Assembly: GCF_001447785.1 (NCBI RefSeq)
Contig: NW_015173766.1
Span: forward strand, 33,324-97,323
Length of the DNA: 64,000 bases
Source: Gekko japonicus
Lineage: Eukaryota
Reading direction: 5' to 3'
Made by a program: the position numbers and the translations under genes. Below, one piece after another: positions 48,833 through 61,829 of this stretch. The number at the start of each line of letters is the position of its first letter. The first letter of the stretch is position 1. The notes beneath the pieces were generated by a model. It saw only the letters and a list, made by a program, of their open reading frames with translations, ran no database searches and was not told the origin of the DNA.

Positions 48833-49329
48833 CAGCAGCTAAGAGAGGCTCTGATCGGCACAGGATGCTCAGTTCTCTGGCGTTTGTGCCACTGTTGCAG
48901 CTGTCCTGATGGGGGATGCAATGAGGCCAAGGGAAATAGCCCACTCCAGGAAGTGTGGTGCTCAGCTGGCAATCTCATTGTCGTAGGTGCAGCTTCTCAC
49001 CCAGGCCTGATGGAACAAGACTTGAAGTTTCTCAGCAGGGAAGCAGCTATTAGAGACGTTGTATGCATGTGAGGATGAAGTTTGTCCCCAGCTCTCTGAT
49101 GTTCCTGCTGTTATTGGTGCTGTCATTATTGGTCCCCTAGCAAAGCCAGGGGAAACACCCCCCTCCTGCATTTATGTACTGTGTGACAAACAATATTCTT
49201 TTGTCTGCCCTAAACCAACTGCCAATTTCACTGTTTGACCCCAAGTTGTACTATGAAACTGGGAGAAATGTTCTGTCAAAGTCTTTTTCATTTCATAGGC
49301 TCCCCCCGCAACAATGCTCTGCTGCCCTG

Positions 49330-49331
<2 letters not shown>

Positions 49332-49365
<34 letters not shown>
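49332..49365. repeat. (AC)n microsatellite
   Basis: Direct reading. Confidence 0.95.
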
Positions 49366-49368
<3 letters not shown>

Positions 49369-49936
49369 TATATATATAACAAATTCTTAGTATGCACTGA
49401 ATTTTACACATATAGGAAAATATATAGTTTGGTATATATTTACACTGGCAGGAAGGGATTTATAAGTCAACCCCGAGTGATACGCATTCATCAGTGCTAT
49501 GGAGCAGCCATGCTTATTTCTTTGGAATATCAAATTAAGATGCAGCAGTGACCTTTTCTGTCTCATGTGCAATTGCATGTAAACTATACGATTATTTCAG
49601 AATGCCTAACCATCCCTTCTGGGCTCTGGTGGTATCCACAAAGACAAGCCACATTATGTTCCAAAAGAAATTTTTTAAAACTAGAAAGGTCAAACCGAAG
49701 ACACGGCTAGCTGCAAAATCACCAGGGTGCTGACACTGGCTACTGTCTAGTTTGCGTAGTAAGTAGACACAAAGCTATGCTAGAAGAGGTATTGGGAAAA
49801 CTGCTTCTCTCAGTAAACCACCTGAAATGCTGCCTGTATGTTAGCAGTTGGCTGGTAATGGCCAAGGTCAGAGAAGCTGATAGAAATCCTTGTAGATTAT
49901 GGACCAGGCCATGGTGGAGTGATGGAGGGCCAAAAC

Positions 49937-50210
49937 GAAGAAGAGAAGAAGAGATTGGATTTATACTCTGGCCCTTCAGTACCCAAAGGAGTCTCAGAGC
50001 ACTACAATCTCCTTTCCCTTCCCCTCCTCACAACAGACACCCTGTGAGGGGCTGAGAGAGCTCTTTCAAGGGCTTCTCATGAGAGAACAGCTCTGAGAGA
50101 ACTTGTGACTGCACCAAGGTCATGCCAGCAGCTACATGTGAAGGAGTGGGGAATCAAACCTGGTTCTCCCAGATTAGAGTCCACACTCCTAACCACTACA
50201 CCAAACTGGC
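49937..50210 (-). mobile_element. Squam3-like SINE
   Basis: Same head and tail as 19900-20169. Confidence 0.88.
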
Positions 50211-50834
50211 TCTCTCAGGGTAGGAGCAATAGCAAACCAAAGTTTGTATCAAAGGAAGGGATTCAATTAGGATGCCAAGCATTGGAAGAAATGGAGCAAA
50301 AACCTGGAGTAGCAAGGTAAACAGGCTGAACCTAGCAAAACCCAAGGCTCACATGTAAGGTGGCACACTATCTAGCAAGGAAGGCTGTCCATGGACCCAC
50401 ATGTGGACCCACATGTGTTATGAAGACCTTGCACATGGGGAAGCTTGAGAAACTTAAACATTACTGATAGGCAAGAAGAATTCAGCCAGATAATGCTGCG
50501 CACATTTGGCACCTTGTTGAAACTGGGATGCTACACACGCTAGCTTGCTATATATGCAACACCAGGATAATGCTAACCTTGACTATGGACCTCCAGAAGG
50601 CTAACGTAGTTTGCATAGTAGCTTAGGGCTTATTTTAGGCAAGAGGCTGGTACATTCCAAAGTTGCACAGGTAAGTTCATGCCTACTATCACCACCATTA
50701 AAAGCTTAGAAGTCCAATTTGTGAGATTCCGTCTTCTCATAAAAAAGGACAAGAGAGGTTGTGCAAATTGGACTAACACAGAGAAGAACCTCTGAGTGAT
50801 GTGCTATTATTGCTCACCTAATTATGTGTATTTG

Positions 50835-51171
50835 AGGCTGCACTGGCTCAGGGGTGCAGACCAGCAAATCTATAATTCAGCAATTTGCGACCCTAGAGCC
50901 ACGGGACAGAGCCTGGCCCCAGCTCCTCTGGCCCCAGCTCCTGCCAACCTAGCCGCTCGAAAGCAAGAATTTGCAAGTAGATAAACAGGCACTGTTTCAG
51001 TGGGAAGGTAACAGCATTCCGTGCACCTCGGCATTTAGTCATGCCGACCACATGACCAAGGAAACATCTTTGGACAGCACTGGCTCTTCGGCTTGGAAAC
51101 AGAGATGAGCACCCCCCCTAGAGTTGGATTCGACTAGCTTTCGAGCAAGGGAAACCTTCACCGTTACCTTT
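50835..51171 (+). mobile_element. Sauria SINE (Squam1)
   Basis: Colinear with 45868-46204; accgttaccttt tail. Confidence 0.85.
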
Positions 51172-51305
51172 TAATTATGTGTAAGATGAGGGGGAGGCAC
51201 TGCTTTATCTTTCAGCAGGGGAAATCCAGTCCCATGTGCAAATCTGGGCCCCAGTACTCCAGCTCAGGAGCTGCAAGTGGAGCTGGAAAAATGAGAGCCA
51301 GCACC

Positions 51306-51842
51306 CAGGGCCGGCCCCAGCTTATTTTGCACCCTAGGCGAGGATCCCTTCTGCCCCCCCCCATGTGCCCACCATGGCTCGGACCCGTTAATTGGATCTG
51401 TACCCCGGACGTCCCGTTCCCCTGGCACCCATGCTCTTAACACTCACTTTTGCTTTTGTAACTTTGCCTGCTTTGCACATCTGGCTTCCATCAAGGAAGA
51501 CTCTGCAAAGAAAGGCACTCGTCGCAAACAATCTCTGCTTCTCACTTGCCTTGACAGTTCCTTGCTGGGGTTGCCATAAGTCAGTTGCAACTTGAGTGTC
51601 CTTATGTAATAGCCCTCCTACTTAGATTCTTCTTTGACTCAGCTAAGTGACCCTTCTGTGCGCAGAGGGCTAAGTTCTTTGGTGGAATTGGTGTTTGTAT
51701 CATCAGAAAGATCATAACATGTTTAAAACTCAGTAGTGTTTGCAGCTGAACCAGGACAGTGGGGGGGTGTCAGTTTGGTGCCCCTAAGGGCCGGCGCGCT
51801 CTAGGCAAGCGCCTAGTTCGCCTAGTGAGTGAGCCAGCCCTG
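51306..51842. mobile_element. hAT (Tip100-like, CAGGGCCGGC termini) non-autonomous element
   Basis: cagggccggc / gccagccctg; perfect 8-bp TSD ccagcacc; contains a SINE-tail-like segment near 51520-51595. Confidence 0.9.
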
Positions 51843-53184
51843 CCAGCACCATCTGTTGACCAGATAAAAACAGAAGGCCAGGCACTTGCTACTTACACCA
51901 GCACCTGTCTTCATACCGCCTGCCAGTGGCAGCACCTGATCTTGTTCACCAGGATGCCCCTCTGTACCAAAAGAGAGGGTACAGTGTCTGCAGTGTCTCA
52001 GTAGGATGCATCCCAGCTTCAGACGGAGAAGTTCCCAGCTATATCTCAGGCTCGCCCACTGGCCACAAAATGCTTGGATCCTGTGCCTTTGTTCCACATG
52101 CTCCCCTCTTCAGTGATTGCTGAGGCTGCTGTGGTGCATGCTTCCTCTGGTGCCTGGCATTTCTGCTAGCTCAAGACCAGTGTTGTTCAAGGAGGCCCCA
52201 GATGCCTAAAATAAGAGGAATGCACCCCGCAGCAGAGAACAGCTTTCGCAACAGCAGAAGGGAAGCACAGGCAGAACAAAGGTGTCTGATCCACGCCTAT
52301 ATTTTCAGAGTACTTAAACACACTGAATTCAATGCTGGGTTGTTGCACAAGGTCTTCAAAATGAGTAAAGGTACCCTCTGATTATTTGAGCACCTTTGAG
52401 GGGAGCGTGCATGAGTTCATTAGCTGCTGAACCAAAATGTATAACAAAGCAAACTCAGTCACAACTCAACATAATCAATTCCGTTCCTTCACATAACACA
52501 CCAATATAGTACAAAACACCACACTAATCAGACCTGTTGTGACATTACACAGATGTGCACCTCTTATGTGCAAGCCGGTAGAAGAAGTAAAACTGCTGGG
52601 TGTGTCCTCATGCATTGAAATTAATTACTGACCTCTAGTTAATATTGCCAGTAAACATTGTCTTGTTTCAGAAGCTGGGGAAAACAGCCCATTACAAAAA
52701 GGCACCTGCTGCATTATTCAGGGACTCAGAGCATGCAAGCAAGGCATTATGCTCTGTGAGGGCAACATGATTGCGGTACAAGGCTCTCTCCAGCTTTTCC
52801 GCCATCTGCTTGACACCAGTTCAAGTCCATCATGCATTGTACCCACTGCAAATAATTTCTTTGTGAAGCATTTGTCAGAAATGAAATGAGTTGAAGTCAA
52901 AAGCCCCCACAGCACTGTGGAAGAGATGACTAGAACGCTGGTGACTGGCAATCGCCGACTAAGAAATGTCACTTTTAAAAGTTGCCCTTGAAAGCCTTGT
53001 CATCCTCAATCAAAGCTTCAGCTTGGTGACAGGGAAATTAGGAAGGCGCCTGCCAGAGCCTCAACTCAACCCAAAAGTTTACAAATCAGAGGCTAAGTTC
53101 CACCAAATGCATTGTCTGCCCTGCAACACTGACTTTGGAATCCTGCACACCAGCAGCTGGAACCCCAGGCACTTCTTAGTGACC

Positions 53185-53812
53185 TGTGAGCAAGACTGCA
53201 ATCTTTAACTCTTAAAATGGTTATCTATTAAAGAATGTTTAGACAGTTATTTGCATCTGAACTAATTAAGCTAAATAGAAATACATTTGCGTGGTATAGG
53301 TGCCCTTTAAAGGACAGAAGGAAGTGTTGGAAGTTCCAGATGCGATGTCCCCTGTCTTTGATCTCCAGACTGAGTGGCAAGAGAGACTAGATAGCTTGAC
53401 AGGTAAATTGACCTTTCTTCCTGTATCTACTCTTCTGCCGCTGTCCTCTTTGATATGCAGATAGTGATCTCAGGGACAAATTTCCCTTTCCTGCTTCTCT
53501 CACACTCTGAATGAAGACTTGCTCTCTACCTGCATGCACCAAGAGAGGGACATGCGGTCCTCTCTTGGCACCATGAGGCAGATGGGCCTCTCGCCATCCG
53601 CCTCCATCCTTTAGCTAATATGTTAGTTGTCCATCAATCTCTCCTCTTTCCTATCCAAAGTGTACTTCTCAAATAAAGAGAGAAGTATTTCTCTTCTAAA
53701 CTTGCAATGTGGCTCTGGGTAGCTTTGTAAGCTGAGTAACCTGGTAAAGTGACACTCCTGCATTTGTAGCTTTATTTAAGCACTCTTCCAACTAATGGTG
53801 ACTGGACTAACC
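53185..53812 (+). mobile_element. Possible solo LTR
   Basis: TTTAAA promoter-like element near 53305, AATAAA near 53672, candidate TG...CA ends with flanks gacc / cacc; boundaries uncertain. Confidence 0.4.
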
Positions 53813-54324
53813 ACACCAGTTAAACCTCAATAGGAAGCATGTTACATTTAACAAGCAAAAACTGATATTCACTGGAAGACAGAAAGGCAACCTTCGGTGT
53901 TTCCCTTTTTATTCTCAATTGTGAATATACCAGAACTGAACGAACCTTAAAAATTAAATAGGCATGCCTAATTCTTAGACCCAAACTGGCCCTCAACAGT
54001 AAAGTTGTGCAGCCTGTAGTCTTATGAATAGTCAGTAAGACTTGGGATCCCCACTGGGGAGACAGGCAGGGTATAAATGAAGTAAGCAAATGAGTTTGCA
54101 TAAGTCTAGTACACTGGCGAATTTTGTGTTAATAAAAGCAGAGTGTCCCCAACAGACTTCGTCTTAACAGGACCCTTAGAACTGATGATCCGACACCATC
54201 AAACGCATAAAACCATACAGAACTAAAGGCAGGGACTGCAGCTGGGCACCACCCTTCCAACTCTGGCAGGACCCTTTTCTGCAACAAGACTAGCTACACC
54301 TAGCAGGGCAATCCAATTGCAAGT

Positions 54325-54464
54325 GGGCACTTTCACACATACTAAATAATGCAGTTTCAATCAACTTCAGCAACCGTTTGCAAGTGGATTTTGCCATTTC
54401 ACATAGTAAAATCCAGTTGCAAAGTGCATTGAAAGTATGTTATTTAGTGCATGTGAAATTGCCC
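54325..54464. mobile_element. Palindromic MITE (Harbinger-like)
   Basis: gggcactttcacacatactaaataat / ttatttagtgcatgtgaaattgccc plus inner ttgcaagtggatttt / aaaatccagttgcaa. Confidence 0.75.
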
Positions 54465-55607
54465 TTGTCAAGTCAAATGGTACTCCCAAATCTTTATAAA
54501 AGATTTTGAATTGGACTTCACTTGCTATTCTGGGCAACTAGAGTGGCTCTTGCCTTGTGCCTTTCATTTTTCCCCCTGTTCCCCAATCCTCAAGGTCTTT
54601 TCTTCACCCACCTTCACACAGAGAAGCCAGGTCTAACAGACATTGAGGTGGATTTCTTTATGTCAAGGTTAGCGGCAAGATCAGTAACAAAAAGATTCTA
54701 ATTCCACTTCTACAAATATCCAGCTTAGTGCCTAACCGTAACAAGAAATAAACACAGAATTAACACTAAAAGACTAGAATAGAATCATACTTAACACAAT
54801 TAAAGTGAATCAAATGTGTGCTGCATATAAAAAGCAGGAATCTACATATTAAAAGGGACAAACTCCAATATAATCTAATCAAGTAATAAAAGAAGCTGTT
54901 TTCTACTTTCTCTTTAATTTGCAGATATTTCCAGTTCACTTATTCTCTTAATTTACTTTCTAGTGCATTAGGGAGGTAATTTTTTTTTGTTAAAATAATG
55001 AAATATAGAAACACATTTTTCCTTAAAATTGCACAACCTTCTGCTAGGTGTAAAACTAATTTGACAAAGTGATAAACAAAAAAATAAGTAGCAATTAAAT
55101 CCCAGTGGTGAAGTACTTCCATTTATCACTTATTATTTTATATTTTTGCAAATTTCACTGCTAGCTTGCTGTTTTGAAGCTCCTGCTTAATTAAAAAGGT
55201 GTATTTAGTCCAACTGTTGCTCGACTTACAGTCTTGCAATGTGCATTAAACTTCTGACATAAAACCATTAAAAGTCATAAATATTACATTCCAATGGAAT
55301 AAAATTAGATCTCTCTTCCCTTAGGTGGGACTTGTCAGCATTAAAATAACCACATCCATCGCCATTAAGTTCAATTTAAATAAACAAATCTGCCTCCTTC
55401 CTAAATAGAGAGGTCCTTTGAGATGATTTCCAAAGGAACAGAACACCATCTACATCAAAAGGAGCTTCTGCAGAGACTTCAAATCTAAGTTTGCCAATGA
55501 AAGATATGAAAAGTAGTCTCAGGCTTTACCAGTAGGGAAGACAGAAAGATACAGAATCACAGCTGAATGATTTAAGGAACATATGGTCTCTCCAGAGGGG
55601 AGGTGGG

Positions 55608-56430
55608 TGATAACCTTAGGTGGCATTCAGGATTTTAGACAGCCCCTTGCCCCCTCCAGTCAGAATAAAGAGGCAGACACAAGCATTGGGATTAACTAAG
55701 GGCCACTTTATTAATTATTTACAACTACTGCAGCAAGGGCAAACCCTGAGTGCGGACTCAGGCAAGGCTGGTGTCAGTCCTCTGACTACCTCCTTGATTT
55801 ATGCTGGGCGAGCACCCCTGGCTGGAGTCTCCTAGGAGGACCCCAACCCCCCTGAGCCACGTGGCCCACAAGGGTGAGGCCCTGCCAGAGTGGTTCCGAA
55901 GGCAGTGCCCATTTCCCGCCCTGGGCCATGAAACCCACAAGCAGATCCTGATGGACCCCTTTCCCCCAATCAGGGTAGGTGCTCTCTGGTGCTCACCTTT
56001 ACCTATTTCTGCACCAATCTTCCCCCCCACTCGTAAAGTGACCGACCTAAACAATGACTCCACCACCTCCAAAACAATCGTTCCACTGCAAACAGCGCAA
56101 GATAGGCGAAAAAACACACCCCATGCCATGCCAATCACAAAGAGGGTGCAAAACAATTTCTACCTGGCACAGACCAGCATAGCCTACACTGCATATAGGG
56201 CGGGAGGGTGGGCTGACCATGAGACAGCCAGAGGAAGTTGGAGGGAGGAGCCAGCCACTATATCACTGCCAAATCCTCCCCCACCCAAGGCCTGACACAG
56301 GGATGCCTGCATCCCCCATCACTGCCTCCTCCCTTTCCAGGTGAGGCAAAGGCAGCCCCCACCCGCAGGTGCAGTTCAGCTCCACAGGTCGGGGAGCCAT
56401 GTCCTCCCCATTTCCAATTACTTCTCACAG
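55608..56430 (-). mobile_element. Probable solo LTR
   Basis: AATAAA on minus near 55706, CATAAAT near 55800, several CCAAT boxes, GC shift; no TSD confirmed. Confidence 0.45.
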
Positions 56431-57605
56431 TCAGCAGATGAGAGTTGTTTTATACTGTCTACGGCACTGATGCTAAAATCTCAGATAATAGGTTTCTCCT
56501 CCAGATCCTTAAAAATGGCACCTTGCGAACAGAAATCAAAACTAACATTAGGGAGTTGGTGAGTTGGCTAATGGCCATCAGACACAAAAGTCTTACTGAA
56601 TGTACACCTGAGATTTGTGTACCATACACACATATATATACTGTGCCTACATAAATCAAGTTGCCTTGCCCAGAGAGCTGATTTTGTGTTCTCATTTGCC
56701 AGTTTCTCCCTTTCACATAACTCAACAGGAATCACTGAGAACCAAAACTGTTCTTATTTGTATAGCTCTGTCTCTTTCATCTCAGTTTGTTTCCAAGTCA
56801 CACTGAAGTTTCATAAAATGTTGGGAGAATAGCGAAACTTTGGGAACTAGCTTCTAACAGAAAGATCCAGACTAGATCTTTATGCAAACGTATGGATTTC
56901 TGCCAAGGAATGCAATTTTCCCACCATCCCCCCTCCTGAGCCAGCATGGAGCTGCCAGCGCTGGGTTGGGATATTGCTGGAGAATTTGGGGCTGGAGCCT
57001 GGAGAGGGCAGAGTTTGGAGAGGAGAGTGACCCAAAATACTCCCCAAAATACTGTTCTTGGGGGAGAGGAACAAGACTGCAAGGGGTGCTTTGGGCTGCC
57101 ATGAGAGGGGGAAGTTGGGGAAAGGGTTAAGACTTCATGGGTGGAAAACCTTGTGTGTTCACAGAGATGTCTAATCTGGATCCAACCCTGCCTCTAAAAT
57201 TATTTGCATAGACTCATTTCAACAGCAGGATTTTATAAGACACATTCAAAGCACATCCGTTCCAATTAACCATTGGTTCAGATATGCATAGTTATCAAAA
57301 CTAACTAGATGAAACTTGTAAATGACTTGCACTTGTAAATGACAAAGGCCAATCACTATGAAATATATTACCTTATATTGCCTCAAAAACTAGAAGTATG
57401 AAGTCAATCGCTTCACACATTCAGCTGTCAATCACTACCAAGTGCCAGGTAGGCAAGCAATAAGAAATCAAGGGTTGGAAGTACTGGTGTGAACCAACTG
57501 TAACTACTTTCCCCTTAAGACGCCCATTTTATTGTGGATGTTTTAATTTGTTAGCCACCTTGATAGTCCTCAGGAAGAGAGAAAGGTGGGATAGAAATTT
57601 TGTAA

Positions 57606-58041
57606 ATAGCCCAGACTAGCCCAATCTCATCAGAGTTCATAACCTAAACAGGGTCAGTACATGGAGGGGAAGCTACCAAAGGAAGGCTAAGGTTGCTACA
57701 TGGAGGAAGAAGAAGAAGAAGAGGAGGAGGAGGAGACTGAATTTATACCCTGCCCTTCAATACCCGAAGGAGTCTCAGAACAGTTTACAATCCCTTTCCC
57801 TTCCCCTCCCCACAACAGACACCCTGTGAGGTAGATGGGGCCGAGAGAGCTCTCTCGAGAACTGCCTTTGAGAGAACCACTCTGAAAGACTTTATGACTG
57901 ACCCAAGGTCACACCAGCTGCTGCATGTGGAGGAATGGGGAATCAAATCTTGTTCTCCCAGATTAGAGTCTGTGCTCTTAACCACTGCACCAAACTGGCT
58001 CTCTACCCCTACACCAAACTGGAAGGAAATGGCAAACCACC
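57606..58041 (+). mobile_element. Degraded 5S-derived SINE interrupted by a Squam3-like SINE (57705-57999, minus strand)
   Basis: atagcccagactagcccaatctcatcag head; resumes gaaggaaatggcaaaccac after the inserted SINE. Confidence 0.75.
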
Positions 58042-60289
58042 ATATTAAACACAGTATATCACACACACACACACACACAAGCCTGAAAAACCAGTAGCAA
58101 AAATAGAGAACCAAAACAGCCAACAAAAATATAAAAGAATATAAAAATAAACAAAATAAGGAACATTTGCTTATCCCTACTAGGGCCATGCAAGTAAAGC
58201 TTTTCCACTTGGCAAAGATGGATGACAAATTGGCCAGGCTTTATTAGCTGTGTAACCTACCACCGAAAGTTGCCTTACAAATTCCAAAACTTTGGGGGTG
58301 GGGATTAAAACTTCAGGAACATCTAACTGCTTTGAAACCATTCTGTTCTTCTCCCCCCTCCCCCTGGATTAGAAATAATGCAGGTGATCACAGCAGAGAT
58401 AGAATTGCTTGATTCATTCAGCACACTCCCCAGGAAATAAAAATTAGCAGATGTCCCATCAACAAACACCAGCTATTTTGTCATTTACAGCACTCCCTGA
58501 GTGCCTGAAGATATTCAGAATTAATCTCTAAATTTACCAGATGTCATGGGAGCAAATTCTTGATCCACTTATCGCCTTCATTGCCATGGGTTATATTCTT
58601 ATACATGTACTTAGTATTTGCTCAATGGCTTTTATGCTGATTATCCTCTCATTGTCATAAATAAGAGACCGGCATCCATGAAAGATGTCATTTTGAATAA
58701 ATAACATCAAATGTTGAGGGAGGAAGACCACACTGAATATCACTGTAGCTTTGAAACTGATATTGACCTGACAATACCTTTTTATATGTCACACACTAAT
58801 TTTTTTTCACAAACAGCCATATATGTTCCTATATCTCTTACAGGCAGGAGCATTTTTTTATCAGGTCCATGTTGTAAAAAGGCTCCACATTTTCCCACCA
58901 AAAATATCTTAAATTGTATTTTATTTAGAAAATGCAAGATGAATAGTGAAATAGGAGTATTTTATATTTAGCGCTCTACAAACAAAAATACTTTCATCTT
59001 TTGCCAGCAAATGGAACCTTCTATATAAACATGCACAGAGGTGCTAGATCGACATTGTCTACAGTAGCCCAGCATTCCATCACACTGGTATTTCCCACCA
59101 GAATCCAGAGCAAGACTGTACAAATAGGAATTCCACTGGCTATCACCAAGTTTTATGGAACAAACTATCAGTCTAGATCACCCATGATGGATGAGGAAGA
59201 TTGGGGAGGGAAGTAGGGATGAGTAGGTCAATGGAACTCTGCAGGCCCCCTGTTCCCTAGACATCAAACGTACAGGCTTGCACTTTTAACTAATCAGGTA
59301 AGCCGCCATCTTACAATCAGCATCTTTTCACATGGATCCTTCACCATGACAGACCAGTTTGCTTTATCAATGTGCTTATATGTCTTTTCTCAGTCAGAAA
59401 CAGGACTAGTAATTGACACATGATAGGTCAAACAATGTAGAAAATGGTAATACAAAGACAGTAAGCAATGCAGTAAGAGCAGAGTAAGTACGCACAGCAA
59501 ACAGATGAGACATAACATGCAGTGATATAGTCCACAGTCCTGTTCCTTTTATAAAAAGCTCCTCCCTGAATCATCCCATTATCATATAGCCCTATTACAT
59601 TTATAAAAATGCTCTCTTGAACATTCTGTTTAACATAGTCTGCAGAATGACAAAAGTGAAGGAGCTTTCCTAACTTCTTCAGAAAGGCCATTTCATAAGA
59701 TGGGAGCCACGACGCAAAAATGTATGTGGAGGGGGCAGTTGTTGATCTTCCCCATTTGTTAGGTGGCATCATTAGAAGTCTTGAGCTAGTGATTTAGTTC
59801 AATTTGCAAATCATTTAAAAAAGTTTTGTAACTGTGACTTGCATATGTGGCATCGATTTAATAATCTAATCTTGTACGAAAATGGACAGGTTCATAGCTA
59901 GGACCCAACAATTGCTCAGTTTCAAGCACAGAACTGCAAGAGAGACTGAGAGTTTTTAATTTGTCCTTCAGACCTAGATACTGAAAATCATAACCTCAGC
60001 TTGTTTACCCAGAAACAAAATAAGAACACCGAGCAAAGTTATAACTACAGATGTTCTGATAGGCATTCTTGGTCTGAAAGCTCTGTTTTGAGTGACAGAG
60101 GTTTCTGCTTCCCTTGCAGAAAATATACAGAGAAAAGAAGGTGGTATTTACAGTTTCAGGTTTCAATAACGGGAAGAAAGGCTCCCACACTTCTTTAATT
60201 CTAAAAACTATGTAAAACAGTTGTTTGGGATGGCATTTTTATAAAGCCAATAAAGAACATGGCTGTAGTTTGTGCCATGGTGTATGCTG

Positions 60290-60575
60290 TATATTATCTA
60301 TTTGTTGTGTGTTCTATTATGCCCTTACAGCACTGTTTTCATTTTTTTTTATATTCCATTTTCTGAATTGTTTGACATAGTATGTTTAATACCTTTTGTG
60401 CTTTTGTAATTTTTGTAATCCTAGTCCTAATCAGCAATGCAACAGGACTAGGATTACAAAAATTAGAAAAGCACAAAAGCTTTTCTCGTGCTTCCTGATT
60501 ACATTGTCTTATACCAGGTAATCCATGTTGAGTCTCAAGTGGAAAATTGGTCTATAAATTTAGTAAATAAATAAT
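60290..60575 (+). mobile_element. L2 3'UTR fragment containing a fold-back inversion
   Basis: Ends gtaatccatgttgagtctcaagtggaaaattggtctataaat...aaataaataa, like the other L2 tails in this window. Confidence 0.6.
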
Positions 60576-61245
60576 GATGGGCTGACCACCGCTACACTCA
60601 TTTTTTTGGGGGAAACCAATTAAAAATTCATGGCTAGGGATCTGCTCAGTACCTGCTACTGTAACATAAGTACCTCCCTGACTCCATGAAAAAGCATCAG
60701 AATAAAACTATGTCTTACCAATTCTGGGGCCTTGAGCAAAAATCAAGGATCAATGGGTGCAGCAAGGCAACAGCTGACCATCACCCATTAGAACCCCTCC
60801 TGGTAGCTCTTCTAGGGCAGACAAGATTCATGACTGGCTGTGCAGGTGAGGAGGGAGGTGGATGGATGATTGCCCGTCCTTCTCTGCCACCAGATGCACC
60901 TTGTAGCAACTCCCCCTGGAGGATGGTGGAACAGTGACAGGGAGGTGAGCCCAGGCAGAACTGAGATGATCCAGGCTGGCCTTGGAGCTGAGGGGAGATG
61001 CAGCTGCTACTCCACAAGCTCCCTCCCTGCTGTGCACGGCAGAGAGCCAAGGATGAGACAGGCTGCTACTGCCACAATTCAAAGGGTGGAGCAGCAGCCT
61101 CTATCCTTCTTCCTTCCCTCCCATGCCTGCCCTGAGGACCCAGCTCCTGTCCTGTCTGCCCTAGAAGAGCCACTGGGGTGGCAAGCAATAATAAGGCAGC
61201 AGGAAGTGCCATTTGGAGGGGCCACTGCAGCCCCCAGCTCAGGGC

Positions 61246-61575
61246 TAGTGTTGCCAATCTCCCTGTGGCATATCAAAATGAGAGTTCACGGGAGGAATTG
61301 TTTTGCACAATATAATCTTTCTGCTTTTGTTCGTGATTCATTCTTGGAGTGTCTTTATATTGAAACAATCTACTGGTGGTGGCTGGAGATCTTCCGGTAT
61401 TTCAACTGATCTCCAGGCAACAGAGATCAGTTCCCCTGGAGAAAATGGCTGCTTTAGAAGGTGGACTCCATGGCATTTTACCCTGCTGAAGTCCCTCCCC
61501 TCCCCAAAACCTGCCCTTCCCAGACTCCACTCCCAAAATCTCCAGGAATTTCCCAACCCAGAGCTGGCAACTCTA
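61246..61575 (+). mobile_element. TAGGGTTGCC-type hAT MITE with ~110-bp internal insert
   Basis: tagtgttgccaa / ctggcaactcta; flanks ctcagggc / cccggggc. Confidence 0.78.
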
Positions 61576-61829
61576 CCCGGGGCCCATGGCAGCTGCTCCA
61601 CCTGCCCTGCTCCTAAGACTGCCCCTGTGCACCAAGATGGGTCAATGGACACTATGCTAACCATGAGAACTATATTTAATCCCTGCTTCAATTTTACTGG
61701 GAAGCCGCTCAAAGTCCCCCTTCCCTGTTTGCAAAACAAGAATGATGCCAGCTTGCCTTGCAAGGGTAATCCATGCTACACAGCATATTGCTGCCAGCTC
61801 TGGAACTGATCTCTGTTACCTGGGGACTA

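Noticed and set aside
50639-50670. 32-nt plus-strand exon candidate ending CAG|gtaagt
   Set aside because: Strong donor but weak acceptor, not frame-preserving, and no neighbouring exons.
53300-53402. Open exon-like stretch VPFKGQKEVLEV...LDSLT ending at AG|gtaaat
   Set aside because: No pyrimidine tract at the acceptor, and it lies in an LTR-like region, where splice donors are common.
52967-53754. Element defined by the perfect 9-bp inverted ends tgtcacttt / aaagtgaca
   Set aside because: Flanks (agaaa / ctcct) give no TSD; kept only as an alternative boundary for the possible LTR.
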